64,000 bases of DNA from an uncultured Chloroflexia bacterium (GTDB taxonomy: Bacteria; Chloroflexota; Limnocylindria; Limnocylindrales; CSP1-4): positions 256,001-320,000 of the forward strand of contig CAWHXD010000019.1 in NCBI GenBank assembly GCA_963833225.1. The letters are read 5' to 3'. The notes below the pieces were generated by a model. The model saw only the letters and a list, made by a program, of their open reading frames with translations. It was not told the origin of the DNA and ran no database searches. Positions 1 through 9,029 of this stretch are shown here, in pieces. Made by a program: the position numbers and the translations under genes. Position 1 is the stretch's first letter. Each line of letters opens with the position of its first letter.

Positions 1-1052
1 TGGCCGGTCATCGACTTGGTTGCGCTGATCGCCAGGCTTCGGCGGCGGGCGGCCGCCCGGTCGCCGAACGCGGTCCAGATCGCCTCCGCCTCGCGCTTGT
101 CACCGACCGGGGTGGAGGTGCCGTGCGGGTTGATCACGTCCACCTCGTCCGCCGCGACGCCGCGGCGCTCGAGGGCGATCTTCATCGCCCGTGCCGAGCC
201 GGAGCCGTGCTCGACGGGCTGGATCATGTCGAACCCGTCCGCCGCGGAGCCGTAGCCCACGACCTCGGCGTAGATGCGGGCGCCGCGGGCCATCGCCATC
301 TCGAGGTCCTCGAGGATCAGCCCGGCGCCCCCCTCGCCCAGGACGAAGCCGTCGCGCGTCCGGTCGAACGGCCGCGACACATCGGCCAGCGGCATCCCTT
401 CGCGCGGTGAGCCGAGACCGCGCATGTTCCCGAAGCCCGCGTGGGCCACCTCGAGCAGGGGCATCTCGGAGGAACCCGCGATCACGGTGTGGACGTCGCC
501 GCGACGGATGAGCTCCGCCGCCTCGCCGACGCAGTTGGTGCCCGTCGAGCACGCGGTGACGACGCACATGTTGTGGCCCAACGCCCCCGTCTCGATCGCG
601 ATCATGCCGCTCGTCGAGTCCACGAGGCCGTTGGCGATGAACGTGGGCGCGACGCGGTTGGGCCCCTTCTCGCTGAGGGTGACCCAGTTGTCCATCATCA
701 GCGTCTGGCCGCCGGCTCCCGTCCCGAACACGACGCCGACGTCCTCGCGGTTGGCGTCCGTGATCTCCAGGCCCGCGTCGGCGATTGCCTGCTTCGCGGC
801 GGCCACGCCGTACCACATCGCCGGCTCGCTCCGGCGGACCGCCTTGGGGTCCATCCAGGCCGTTGCGTCGAAGTCCACGACCTCGCCGGCCGCCTTGTGG
901 CTGTACCGCGACGTGTCGAACTTGGTGATCTCCTTGAGACCGGACACGCCGTTGAGGAGGTTGCTCCAGGCGGTGTCCTTGTCGTTGCCCACCGGGCTGA
1001 TGACGCCCAGCCCGGTGACGACGACGCGGCGGGTGTAGTCGGGTTGACGCAA
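1..1052 (-). CDS. fabF: 3-oxoacyl-ACP synthase II (KAS II), 3' end outside window
   Basis: Manual translation from TTG at 1052 (GAGAGG RBS upstream): MRQPDYTRRVVVTGLGVISPVG...VVTACSTG (catalytic Cys)...SRPFDRTRDGFVLGEGG...INPHGTSTPVGD. Absent from the ORF track because it runs off the window edge. Confidence 0.93.
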   Translation of the reverse strand, partial: MRQPDYTRRVVVTGLGVISPVGNDKDTAWSNLLNGVSGLKEITKFDTSRYSHKAAGEVVDFDATAWMDPKAVRRSEPAMWYGVAAAKQAIADAGLEITDANREDVGVVFGTGAGGQTLMMDNWVTLSEKGPNRVAPTFIANGLVDSTSGMIAIETGALGHNMCVVTACSTGTNCVGEAAELIRRGDVHTVIAGSSEMPLLEVAHAGFGNMRGLGSPREGMPLADVSRPFDRTRDGFVLGEGGAGLILEDLEMAMARGARIYAEVVGYGSAADGFDMIQPVEHGSGSARAMKIALERRGVAADEVDVINPHGTSTPVGDKREAEAIWTAFGDRAAARRRSLAISATKSMTG

Positions 1053-1107
1053 GGGTGGTTCCTCTCGGATCGTGGCGACGACGGCGGTCCGTCGATCACC
1101 GGCGGGT

Positions 1108-2085
1108 CTAGCCGGTGCGGGCGGCGCTCTCGGCAAAGGGGATGGCGAGGCGATCGGGCGCGGCCCGGTCGTCGAGGGCAAGGGCAAGGGCGTCGGGGGC
1201 GATCCGCCTGATGAGCCCGGTCAGGACCTGTCCCGGCCCGATCTCGATGAACGTGTCGACCCCGGCCCCGCGCATCGCCTGCACGGCACCCACCCAGTCG
1301 ACGCCGGTGGTCAGGTGGTCCACGAGCTCGGTCCGACAGCCGCCGGCGGTCGTGATCACGTGAGCGTCGGCATTGGCGAGCAGTGGGGGGTCGGGATCGT
1401 GGAAGCGGATGCCGGCGAGGACGCCGCGCATGCCCTCGGCCGCATCGGCCATCAGGGGTGAGTGGGCGGCGACCGAGACCGGCAGCTCGATCGCCCGTTT
1501 CGCGCCGAGCTCCCTGGCAATGGCGAGGCCCGCCTCCACGGCCGCGCGCTCACCGCTGACGACGACCTGCCCGGGCGAGTTGCGGTTGGCGACGCCAAAG
1601 ATCCCGTGCGCCGAGGCCCGCTCCACGAGCGCCGGGAGGCTGGCATCGTCGAGGCCGATGATGGCGGCCATCCGGCCCTCCCTGCCCGCCCCGCTCGACT
1701 GCATCTGCTGGCCACGGATCCGGACCAGGCGCAGGGCATCGGCAAGGTCGAGGGCCCCGGCGGCCACGAGGGCGGTGTACTGGCCCATCGAGTGACCGGC
1801 CGCGAAGGAGGGCTCGGGGATGTCCACGTCAAGCTCGTACCAGCGTTCCTTCACCGCCTCGAGATAGGCGATCGAGGCGGCAAGGAGCGCCGGCTGGCTG
1901 TTCTCGGTCCTGTTGAGCTCGTCCTCCGGACCGTCCCACGCGAGGCGCGTGAGCGGTTCCGCCAGGGCGGCGTCGGCGGCGGCGAAGACGGCCGCAGCCG
2001 CGGGCGAGGACTCGGCGAGCGCACGGCCCATGCCGACCGACTGGCTGCCCTGGCCCGGGAAGACGAACGCGATCTGACTCATCAC
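1108..2085 (-). CDS. fabD: Malonyl-CoA:ACP transacylase
   Basis: FVFPGQGSQ, AGHSMG (GHSxG), ANRNSPGQVVVSG, LPVSVAAHSPLM, FIEIGPGQVL; adjacent to fabF. Confidence 0.95.
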   Translation of the reverse strand: MMSQIAFVFPGQGSQSVGMGRALAESSPAAAAVFAAADAALAEPLTRLAWDGPEDELNRTENSQPALLAASIAYLEAVKERWYELDVDIPEPSFAAGHSMGQYTALVAAGALDLADALRLVRIRGQQMQSSGAGREGRMAAIIGLDDASLPALVERASAHGIFGVANRNSPGQVVVSGERAAVEAGLAIARELGAKRAIELPVSVAAHSPLMADAAEGMRGVLAGIRFHDPDPPLLANADAHVITTAGGCRTELVDHLTTGVDWVGAVQAMRGAGVDTFIEIGPGQVLTGLIRRIAPDALALALDDRAAPDRLAIPFAESAARTG

Positions 2086-2185
2086 TCGTCAGGGTAGGCG
2101 GAAGCCGGTCTGATTCCGCGTAAGTCCGTGCAGGCTTGCAGGAATCCGGGGCGTGGCCCTACGCTCAGGTCGTGAGGATCCTTGC

Positions 2186-2938
2186 GTGACCGACCTGCTT
2201 GACCCCGTCGATGTGGAGAACGACCCGGCGGCCCCCGAACCCGGCCCCGCGGACGCCGCACCTGCCGCTTCGTCCCCGGCCCAGTCCCCGGCCCAGTCTT
2301 CGACGACCATCGTCCGGCGGCCGCGCCGTCACCGCATTCCCGCGTCGGACCCGGCCGCCGGGCCCGCGCTCCCCGAGGCGCTCGTCAGGACCCGCCGAAG
2401 GGGCGTCCCCTCGCGGGTGATCGCGCGCGTGTTCGAGGCGGACCTGTCCGCGCCGGTCGTCGCGGCCGGGACGCGGATCCAGAACGTCCGCCAGATCACC
2501 GAGCGCGTGGCCATGGGTCGAGCCCTGTGGCGCGAGCTGGTGGTGGGGTTCGCCTCCCAGCTCGGTGAGCTCAACCTGGGCTTCACGCAGCTTGCCGCGC
2601 TCTACGTTCTCGCGGAGGGGGCCACGACCACCATCGCCGACCTGGCCGACGCGATCGGCCGGTCACCCTCGGCGACATCACGGCTCGTTGACGGGCTGGT
2701 CCGGCGACGGCTGGCCGAGCGCCGCCGCGAGGAGGACGACGCCCGTCAGCGCTCCGTGTGGCTGACCGCCCGGGGGCGCGCCGTCCTGCGCATGGTGGAC
2801 CGGGCGCGCGCGGAGCAGTTCCTGTCCGCGGTCCGGCCGCTGCCTCGCAGCGAACGGGCGCTCATCGCGATGGGCGTCGCAGCGCTCGCCACGCACGGGA
2901 TCAGCCGTCGCGGCCGGCTGGTCCGCACCGAGGGCTGA
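2186..2938 (+). CDS. MarR-family transcriptional regulator with long N-terminal extension
   Basis: C-terminal winged HTH (TIADLADAIGRSPSATSRLVDGLVRRRLAERRREEDDARQRSVWLTARG). Start uncertain (GTG 2153 or 2186). Divergent from fabD. Confidence 0.8.
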   Translation: MTDLLDPVDVENDPAAPEPGPADAAPAASSPAQSPAQSSTTIVRRPRRHRIPASDPAAGPALPEALVRTRRRGVPSRVIARVFEADLSAPVVAAGTRIQNVRQITERVAMGRALWRELVVGFASQLGELNLGFTQLAALYVLAEGATTTIADLADAIGRSPSATSRLVDGLVRRRLAERRREEDDARQRSVWLTARGRAVLRMVDRARAEQFLSAVRPLPRSERALIAMGVAALATHGISRRGRLVRTEG

Positions 2939-3089
2939 GCGCGTCGGAACGACGCACTCGTGGAGGCCGGCTTCGTGCCGTTGGATCCCTGCCTGGGCCA
3001 CCGGTGGCGCCTGGCGCCCAGGCGGGCCATTTGGGACCCCTTGCGCGGTGCGCGACAATCGGCCGACCACGCAGAGGAGATGATGGCTC

Positions 3090-3308
3090 ATGGATCAGGG
3101 CAGGATGTTCGAGGCGACGTACCGGCTGCAGCATCGCCACAAGGACGGGTCGTGGGCCGACATGCCCGAGGTCAACGCGCACGCGAGTTCGGCCGGCGTT
3201 GACACCGAGCGCGGATGGGCGAGCGGCCGCCTGTTCAAGTGCGCCACCTGTGAGGAGGGGGTCGAGCTGGTTCCCCTCAGCGCGGAACGGCTGCGCATGC
3301 TGGGCTGA
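3090..3308 (+). CDS. Small hypothetical protein, possible Zn-binding (HxH...CxxC)
   Basis: 72-aa ORF with AGAGGAG RBS-like sequence upstream; QHRHKDGSW...FKCATCEE. Confidence 0.6.
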   Translation: MDQGRMFEATYRLQHRHKDGSWADMPEVNAHASSAGVDTERGWASGRLFKCATCEEGVELVPLSAERLRMLG

Positions 3309-3391
3309 CGGCCAGCCCGCCGCCGCGACCGGCGCGGTTTGATCCAGGCCCGGCGGAGGTCGCCGCCGGGCAGCGGAGGAGCGTCTCGGGA

Positions 3392-4819
3392 TCAGCCGCA
3401 GAACGCGGCGACCACGTCGTACAGGACCGGCAGCCCGAAGCGAAGCGCGTCGAGGCCAACTCGCTCGTCGACGCCGTGGAAGCGCTCGAGGAAGCGCTCA
3501 TCGGGCTCGAGGCGGAGCGGCGCGAACCCGTAGGTCGGGACGCCGAGGATGACGCTGGTCGACTTCGCATCCGTGGCAAAGGGGGCCATCACCGGGACCG
3601 GGATCCCGTCCGGGTCGTGGGCGCGGATCGTGGCTGCCATCAGGTCATAGAGCTCGCCCTCGGCGGGGGCGGTGACGGGCGGCCGGCCGATGACATGCTC
3701 CAGCTCGCAGTGCGGGGCCAGGTCGCCAAGCCGTGCCAGGACCTCCTCTCGCACATCCTCGGGCGTCGTGCCCGGCAGGGTGCGGACGTCGATCTCGATG
3801 ACGCCCTCGCCCGGGATCACGTTGTACTTGACGCCCGCGTGGATCACGTCGGGACTGATCGAATCGCGCAGCAGGGCTCCGAGGGCGCGGGCATACATCG
3901 GGTCGCACAGGGCACGGATCGCGGCCTCGCTCCGCCGCGGATCGTCACCGCCGATGGCCGCCACCAGCTTCGCCTGGTCGGGCGGGAGGGCGTCGCGAAC
4001 GGCATCGAGGAATGCGCGCATCACGTTGGTGAGCCGCGGCTCACCCGGGACGGCCATCCGGCGGACAACCTCCGCGGCCATCACCGCCGCATTGTCGTCA
4101 CGCGGCATGGACCCGTGCCCCCACGTCCCGTGGACGTGGATCTTGAACACCTCGAAGCCCTTCTCGGCAACCTGGATCGGGTAGAACCGGCGCCCCCCGA
4201 GGTCCATCGAGACCCCACCACACTCGTTGAGGGCGCCCGCCGCCCGGAGGGTCTCCGGCCGGTTGTCCGCGAGCCACCTGGCGCCCTCCCGGCCGCCAGC
4301 CTCCTCGTCAGCGGTGCAGGCGAACAGGACGTCGCGGCGGAGGCCAGGGATGGGGGCGCGGGCCGGGTCAAGCCCGGCGGCACGGGCCCGCCGCGCGAGC
4401 AGCGCGATGACCACGATCTCGAGCGCGACCATCTGCTTCATGTCGACCGCGCCGCGGCCCCAGACATAGCCGTCCGCCACGTCGGCCGCAAAGGGATCGT
4501 GGGTCCAGCCATCCTCGGCATGCGCCGTGACGACGTCGAGGTGGCTCAGCAGGAGCAGCGGGTCGCCGCCGGTTCCATCACCGCGGAGCCGCGCGACCAC
4601 GTCGCCGCGGCCGGGGAAGGGCTCCAGGACCTCCGGATCCAGGCCCTCCGCGCGGAGGCGGTCCGCGATGAACACGGCGGCGTCAAGCTCCGGGCCGGGC
4701 GGGTCGGGCGGATTGACCGACGGGATCCGGATCAGGTCCCGGAGGAGCGCCACGAGCTCCTCGTGGGCGGCGGCCCAGGCCGTCGGGTCGATGGCGGCGG
4801 ACGGCAGCGGCGTGGTCAT
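3392..4819 (-). CDS. M20/M25/M40 family metallopeptidase
   Basis: LLLSHLDVV, WGRGAVDMK, ADEEAGG, GHGSMP, FATDAK and FHGVDER motifs. Confidence 0.9.
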   Translation of the reverse strand: MTTPLPSAAIDPTAWAAAHEELVALLRDLIRIPSVNPPDPPGPELDAAVFIADRLRAEGLDPEVLEPFPGRGDVVARLRGDGTGGDPLLLLSHLDVVTAHAEDGWTHDPFAADVADGYVWGRGAVDMKQMVALEIVVIALLARRARAAGLDPARAPIPGLRRDVLFACTADEEAGGREGARWLADNRPETLRAAGALNECGGVSMDLGGRRFYPIQVAEKGFEVFKIHVHGTWGHGSMPRDDNAAVMAAEVVRRMAVPGEPRLTNVMRAFLDAVRDALPPDQAKLVAAIGGDDPRRSEAAIRALCDPMYARALGALLRDSISPDVIHAGVKYNVIPGEGVIEIDVRTLPGTTPEDVREEVLARLGDLAPHCELEHVIGRPPVTAPAEGELYDLMAATIRAHDPDGIPVPVMAPFATDAKSTSVILGVPTYGFAPLRLEPDERFLERFHGVDERVGLDALRFGLPVLYDVVAAFCG

Positions 4820-4838
4820 CGGGCGTTGGCGCGCCGGT

Positions 4839-5087
4839 TCATACCCGGGGGTTGCCCAGGATCGCGGTGAGGAAGCCGAGGAAGAACCCGAGGAAGATGA
4901 TCAGGGCAACCATGCCGACCAGGATCCGGACATACGGGCGCTCCCGGGCCAGGGCCTCGTCCAGGTCAGGGTCTTCGCCACCGGCGATGTACGGGGCATT
5001 GAGGCCGCGACGCCGGGCGTGCTCGTTGCGGACGGCGTCGTACTTGGCGGGATCGGGCGGAAGGGGCTCGGAGGTGCTGTCGCTCAC
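4839..5087 (-). CDS. Small membrane protein (single C-terminal TM helix)
   Basis: 3' part of ORF 4839-5372 from GTG 5087: ...YIAGGEDPD...RILVGMVALIIFLGFFLGFLTAILG; precedes the M20 gene. Confidence 0.6.
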   Translation of the reverse strand: MSDSTSEPLPPDPAKYDAVRNEHARRRGLNAPYIAGGEDPDLDEALARERPYVRILVGMVALIIFLGFFLGFLTAILGNPRV

Positions 5088-5176
5088 GGTGCCATGATGC
5101 CGCAGGTGATCGCGCGGCGCCCGCGGCGGCTGGCGATTCTTGAACCTTCCATTGGGGCCCGGTCGTCTGGACGGGC

Positions 5177-5754
5177 ATGAGCGAGAGGGGGATGGCCATC
5201 GACGAGAGGGAAGCCGGGCTGAGCGCGGTCGAGCTCCCGGGGGACGAGCGGGCGACGGCGTTCGCGTCGCTCGCGGACCGGCATCTATCCCGGGCGTACC
5301 GCCTCGCCGTGGTCGTGCTGGGCAGCGAGCTCGAGGCGCAGGACGCCGTTCAGGATGCGGCCGTGGCGGCATGGGATCGGTTCGTCGACTTGCGCGATCA
5401 CTCGCGGTTCGACGCCTGGTTCGACCGGATCCTGGTCAACGGCTGTCGCGACCGGCTGCGTCGGCGGGGCCGCGTGCGGCTCGTCGATCTCGGCGGGATG
5501 CCAGAGCCCTCTTGGCCGACGGGAGCGGCACCGTGGCTGAGCGTGATGCCCTGCGCCGGGCGCTTGGTCGGCTCTCCGCCGAGCAGCGTGTCGCCGTGGT
5601 GCTTCGCTACTACGGTGATCTGTCACTTGAGGAGATCTCGGCGCGGACCGGCGAGCCTCTCGGCACCGTGAAATCCCGCCTGCACTATGGCCTGAACGCC
5701 CTGCGCGCCGCGTACGAAGCGGCCTCGCGCCTTCCCGGGGAGGCATCCCGATGA
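5177..5754 (+). CDS. ECF RNA polymerase sigma factor (frameshift near 5505-5515)
   Basis: Region 2 (AYRLAVVVLGSELEAQDAVQDA...FDAWFDRILVNGCRDRLRR) in ORF 5177-5671; region 4 (LGRLSAEQRVAVVLRYYGDLSLEEISARTGEPLGTVKSRLHYGL) in the frame ending 5754; ATGA overlap with the next gene. Confidence 0.88.
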
Positions 5755-6647
5755 CCGACGACACCCTGGATGCGCGCTTCGAGCGCGACCTTCGAGCCAT
5801 CCTTGCGGAGGCCGAACCGGCCGACGCCCCGGCCACGCTCTATGCCGCTGTGGCGGCGGTCCCGTCCTCGCGCCCACGGCACCGGTGGGGGTCGCCGTTG
5901 ATCCGCGTGGCAGGGGCGCTCGCGGTCGCCGCGGCCGTGGTCATTGCCGCCGCGGCGCTGGTGACGGCGCTCCAGCCGCGGGGCGACCATCCGGTAGTTG
6001 GGACCCAGCCGACCCCCACCGCGTCGATGGCGGGCGGGCTGCGGCTGGAATACCGGGTCCTGCCGTCCGAAGGGAACGTGGCTACCAAGGCGGACGTCGA
6101 AGGGCTGATCGACATCCTGCGGGCGCGGATCGCGGCCACGGGTGTCGCGACCTTCGTCATCTCGGCGGGGGACACGATCGTGATCGACCTGCCGGTTGAC
6201 CCGGCGGACGAATCCCTGGTGACTCAGCTCCGGGCCCTGATCGGGGCGACCGGGCGGGTGGCGTTCGTGGGTCTCGGTCAGACGCCGCTGACAGAAGGGG
6301 ACCTGATCGGTCCCACCGAGCACCCGCCGCTGTTCACCGGGGACCACATCGCGGCGGCGTCGATCGGGCAGGACCAGAACGGATCTCCTACGATCGACCT
6401 CACCCTCGACGCGGAGGCCACGGCCCTGTTCGCGGAGCACACCGCGACCCACATCGGCGACTATCTCGCCATCACGCTCGACGGGGTCGTGATCTCAGCG
6501 CCCGTCATCCAGAGCCCGATCTCGAACGGCGACGTGCAGATCTCCTTGGGCGGCTCGCCAGGGTACTCACTGACGGAGGCACAGCGGCTGGTGACGATCA
6601 TCATGAGCGGCACGCTGCCGTTCCCCATCGAGGAGGTGACGGGGTAG
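5751..6647 (+). CDS. Putative anti-sigma factor: short cytoplasmic N-terminus, one TM helix, SecD P1-like extracytoplasmic domain
   Basis: Coupled to ECF sigma; TM VAGALAVAAAVVIAAAALVTAL; SecD-like segments GGLRLEYR, ILRARI..GV, IVIDLP, LIGATGRVAF, LFTGDHI, LAITLDGVVISAPVIQSPI, EAQRLVTIIMSGTLP. Confidence 0.7.
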   Translation: MTDDTLDARFERDLRAILAEAEPADAPATLYAAVAAVPSSRPRHRWGSPLIRVAGALAVAAAVVIAAAALVTALQPRGDHPVVGTQPTPTASMAGGLRLEYRVLPSEGNVATKADVEGLIDILRARIAATGVATFVISAGDTIVIDLPVDPADESLVTQLRALIGATGRVAFVGLGQTPLTEGDLIGPTEHPPLFTGDHIAAASIGQDQNGSPTIDLTLDAEATALFAEHTATHIGDYLAITLDGVVISAPVIQSPISNGDVQISLGGSPGYSLTEAQRLVTIIMSGTLPFPIEEVTG

Positions 6648-6690
6648 ACGTCGGGCTGACCGGCCGCTCCGTCGAGCTCGGTCGAGCCGC

Positions 6691-7694
6691 TCAGCCCTCG
6701 GCGAACAGCGCCTGGAGCTCCTCGCGGGTGGCGATCCCGGCGGCGAGCGCCAGGCGGATGAGGATGCGGGCCTTCCACGGCGACACGTCGCCGGCGGCGA
6801 CCCATCCCCGGGCGATCAGCGATCCCCCGCGGGCACGCGACCGGCCCCGACCCGCGTGGACTGGACGACGACCACGCCGCCGGCGCTCGCGCGCTCCAGC
6901 GCCTCGACCTCTGCGGGCGTGGGATAGCCGGCCCCGGTGCCGGCGCTCACGATCGCTCGCGAGCCGGCTTCGACGAGGGCGTCGATCGCCACGCCGTCCG
7001 CGCCCTGGTAGCTGGCGACCACGTCCACGCGGGGCAGCGTCCGCAGGTCCACGCCGGCGAACCGGCCACGGAGCGGAGAGCCGCGCATGGGCGCGTGGTT
7101 GAGCGCCACGACGCCATCGCCGTCGACCCAGCCCAGGGGCCCCGAGGCGCCGTCCCGGAACGCCGACACGCGCATCGTGTCCGACTTGGTCACGTCGCGG
7201 GCGCCGTGGATCGTGTCGTCGAGGAGGACGAGGGCGCCCAGGCCGCGGGCGGCGGGAGAGGCAGCGACGCGGACGGCGTTGACCAGGTTCAGGGGCCCGT
7301 CGCCGGACAGCGCGGACGCTGGTCGCATGGATCCGGTCAGCACCACCGGCGCATCGTCGTTGATGACGAGGTGGAGCAGCCAGGCCGTCTCCTCGAGGGT
7401 GTTGGTCCCGTGGGTGACCACGATGCCGTCGGCCTCGTCCCGCTCCAGTGGGCCGCGGACCACCTCGACCAGGTCGGCCAGGTCCGTGTCGGTGAGCGCG
7501 TGGGCTCGCACCCGTCGGAAGGGCTCCTCGCGGGCGTCGGCGATGGTCGCCAGCTCCCCGGCCACGGACCCGATGAGCGCGCCCGGTTCCAGGCGAACGC
7601 CCGTCTCGAGGTACGCGGCGAGGTCCAGGCGATCGGCCCCGACGGAATCGATGGTCCCGCCGGTGGTGACGATCGCGATCCGGGGTCGGGTCAT
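6691..7694 (-). CDS. L-asparaginase (frameshift near 6825-6830)
   Basis: IVTTGGTI, VVTHGTNTLEETA, VLTGSMRP..DGPLNL, GTGAG, STRVGAG; C-terminus (GWVAAGDVSPWKARILIRLAL...LQALFAEG*) continues in another frame to the stop at 6691. Confidence 0.85.
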
Positions 7695-8740
7695 GACGCA
7701 GGAACCGGGTCCGGCTCGAGGACCGGGTCCGGCTCGAGGACCGGGTCTGGCGCGGGATCCCAGTGCGGCGCCGCGGCAGGCGGCGTGTACCCCGCGACGC
7801 GATCGATCAGCCGCCGGATGCGGAGCCCCTCGAACGGGCCGAGCACGTACAACGGCATCGGCTTGAGCCACACGGCCGACCCCAGTGAGACGGCGTCGGC
7901 GCCCGCCCAGAAATACTCGCGGCAGTCGTCGAAGTCCGCGATCCCGCCGTTGGCGATGATCGGGAGGCGGAACCCGGCGTCCCGCAGCTCCGCCACGACC
8001 CGCAGGCCGATGGGCTTGATGGCCCGGCCGCTCACCGCTCCGTAGCGGTTCTTGAGGTATGGCTCGCCGGTATCGGGATCCAGGCGAAGCCCCTTGACGG
8101 TGTTGATCGCGGTGATCGCGGCGCAGCCATGGGTGGCGGCGAGGTTCGCCTGCCAGCGGTAGTCCTCGTCCGGGCTGACCTTGAGGATGACGGGATGACG
8201 GCTCTTCGGGACGGCGCGGCGGAGCGCCTCCTCGAGGATCGTTCCGAACGGGAAGTTGACGTTGTGGCAGCTCGCGTTGAGCTCGACCGCCGCGATCTCA
8301 CCGGGCTTCGCGCGCTCGTTGCAGGTCTCGATCAGCTGCTCGATCTCGTCGGCGCTGAAGCCGCCCACGGACACGATCCGGTTGAGCTTCGACGTCCGAG
8401 GGAAGTACTCGTCGAAGTAGCGCTCGATGCCGATGTTCGACCAGCCGAACGCGTTGAGCCAGCCTCCGTCGACCCGGTGCAGCGCCCGGCCGTAGAGCCG
8501 CAGCATCTCCGGGAAGTCGCGAAGGGACCAGTCCTCCCGGAGCGTGAAGTGGCCCTCGCGCGGCTGGAGCGTCACGGTCCGGGTCGTCACCGCGCCGAAG
8601 CGCTCCAGCGGCACCCACTGCGCGATCGGCGACAGGCCGTACAGGATGAGCCGGCTCTTGCCGGCTCCGTAGCCCAGGAGGCTGGCGCTGGTCAGCAGCC
8701 GGTTCCGGAGCCGGATCCCGTTGAGGTCGATGGTCGCCAC
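7691..8740 (-). CDS. Dihydroorotate dehydrogenase-like FMN TIM-barrel protein
   Basis: GIRLRNRLLTSAS, NAFGWSNIG, VELNASCHN, VILKVSP, AINT, GAVSGRAIKP, IIANGGI, GADAVSLGSA. Probable GTG start at 8740. Confidence 0.75.
   Translation of the reverse strand: MATIDLNGIRLRNRLLTSASLLGYGAGKSRLILYGLSPIAQWVPLERFGAVTTRTVTLQPREGHFTLREDWSLRDFPEMLRLYGRALHRVDGGWLNAFGWSNIGIERYFDEYFPRTSKLNRIVSVGGFSADEIEQLIETCNERAKPGEIAAVELNASCHNVNFPFGTILEEALRRAVPKSRHPVILKVSPDEDYRWQANLAATHGCAAITAINTVKGLRLDPDTGEPYLKNRYGAVSGRAIKPIGLRVVAELRDAGFRLPIIANGGIADFDDCREYFWAGADAVSLGSAVWLKPMPLYVLGPFEGLRIRRLIDRVAGYTPPAAAPHWDPAPDPVLEPDPVLEPDPVPAS
7704..7748. repeat. 18-bp tandem repeat (~2.5 copies) encoding PDPVLE
   Basis: accgggtccggctcgagg x2 plus a partial copy at the 3' end of the DHODH-like gene. 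Confidence 0.85.
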
Positions 8741-9029
8741 GGGCGAAGTATGCCGGTGTTGGCGGTGCAGGCGGCGGCCAGCGGCCACTCGCGGCTGCTC
8801 GGGAGGGATCGCGACGGCTCGGCACGGCCTTCCGCGCGAGCCTTCCGCGCGAGCCCGCGACGGACAGTCAGGGTTTCCGGCCGCAATGGCTCGCGCGGGG
8901 CGCGCAGCGGCCGGGAACGCGACCCAGGGTCACGTTCGGTTGCCGACGCGGCGCCCGAGCGGGGGTTCGGTCCAGGAACCTTGACGGGGAGTCAGGCTTC
9001 TCGAGATCCGCGCTGCTGGTGGCCCCGGC

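Noticed and set aside
5500-5520. Programmed frameshift in the ECF sigma gene
   Set aside because: No canonical slippery heptamer; similar isolated indels occur across the window, so error is more parsimonious.
5751-6647. Bona fide secD
   Set aside because: Only one TM helix, lacks the C-terminal TM bundle, and there is no secF or yajC neighbour.
8860-9000. SRP RNA, 6S RNA or tRNA
   Set aside because: No SRP GGAA-loop motif, no cloverleaf and no convincing 6S architecture; kept only as an unexplained structured element.
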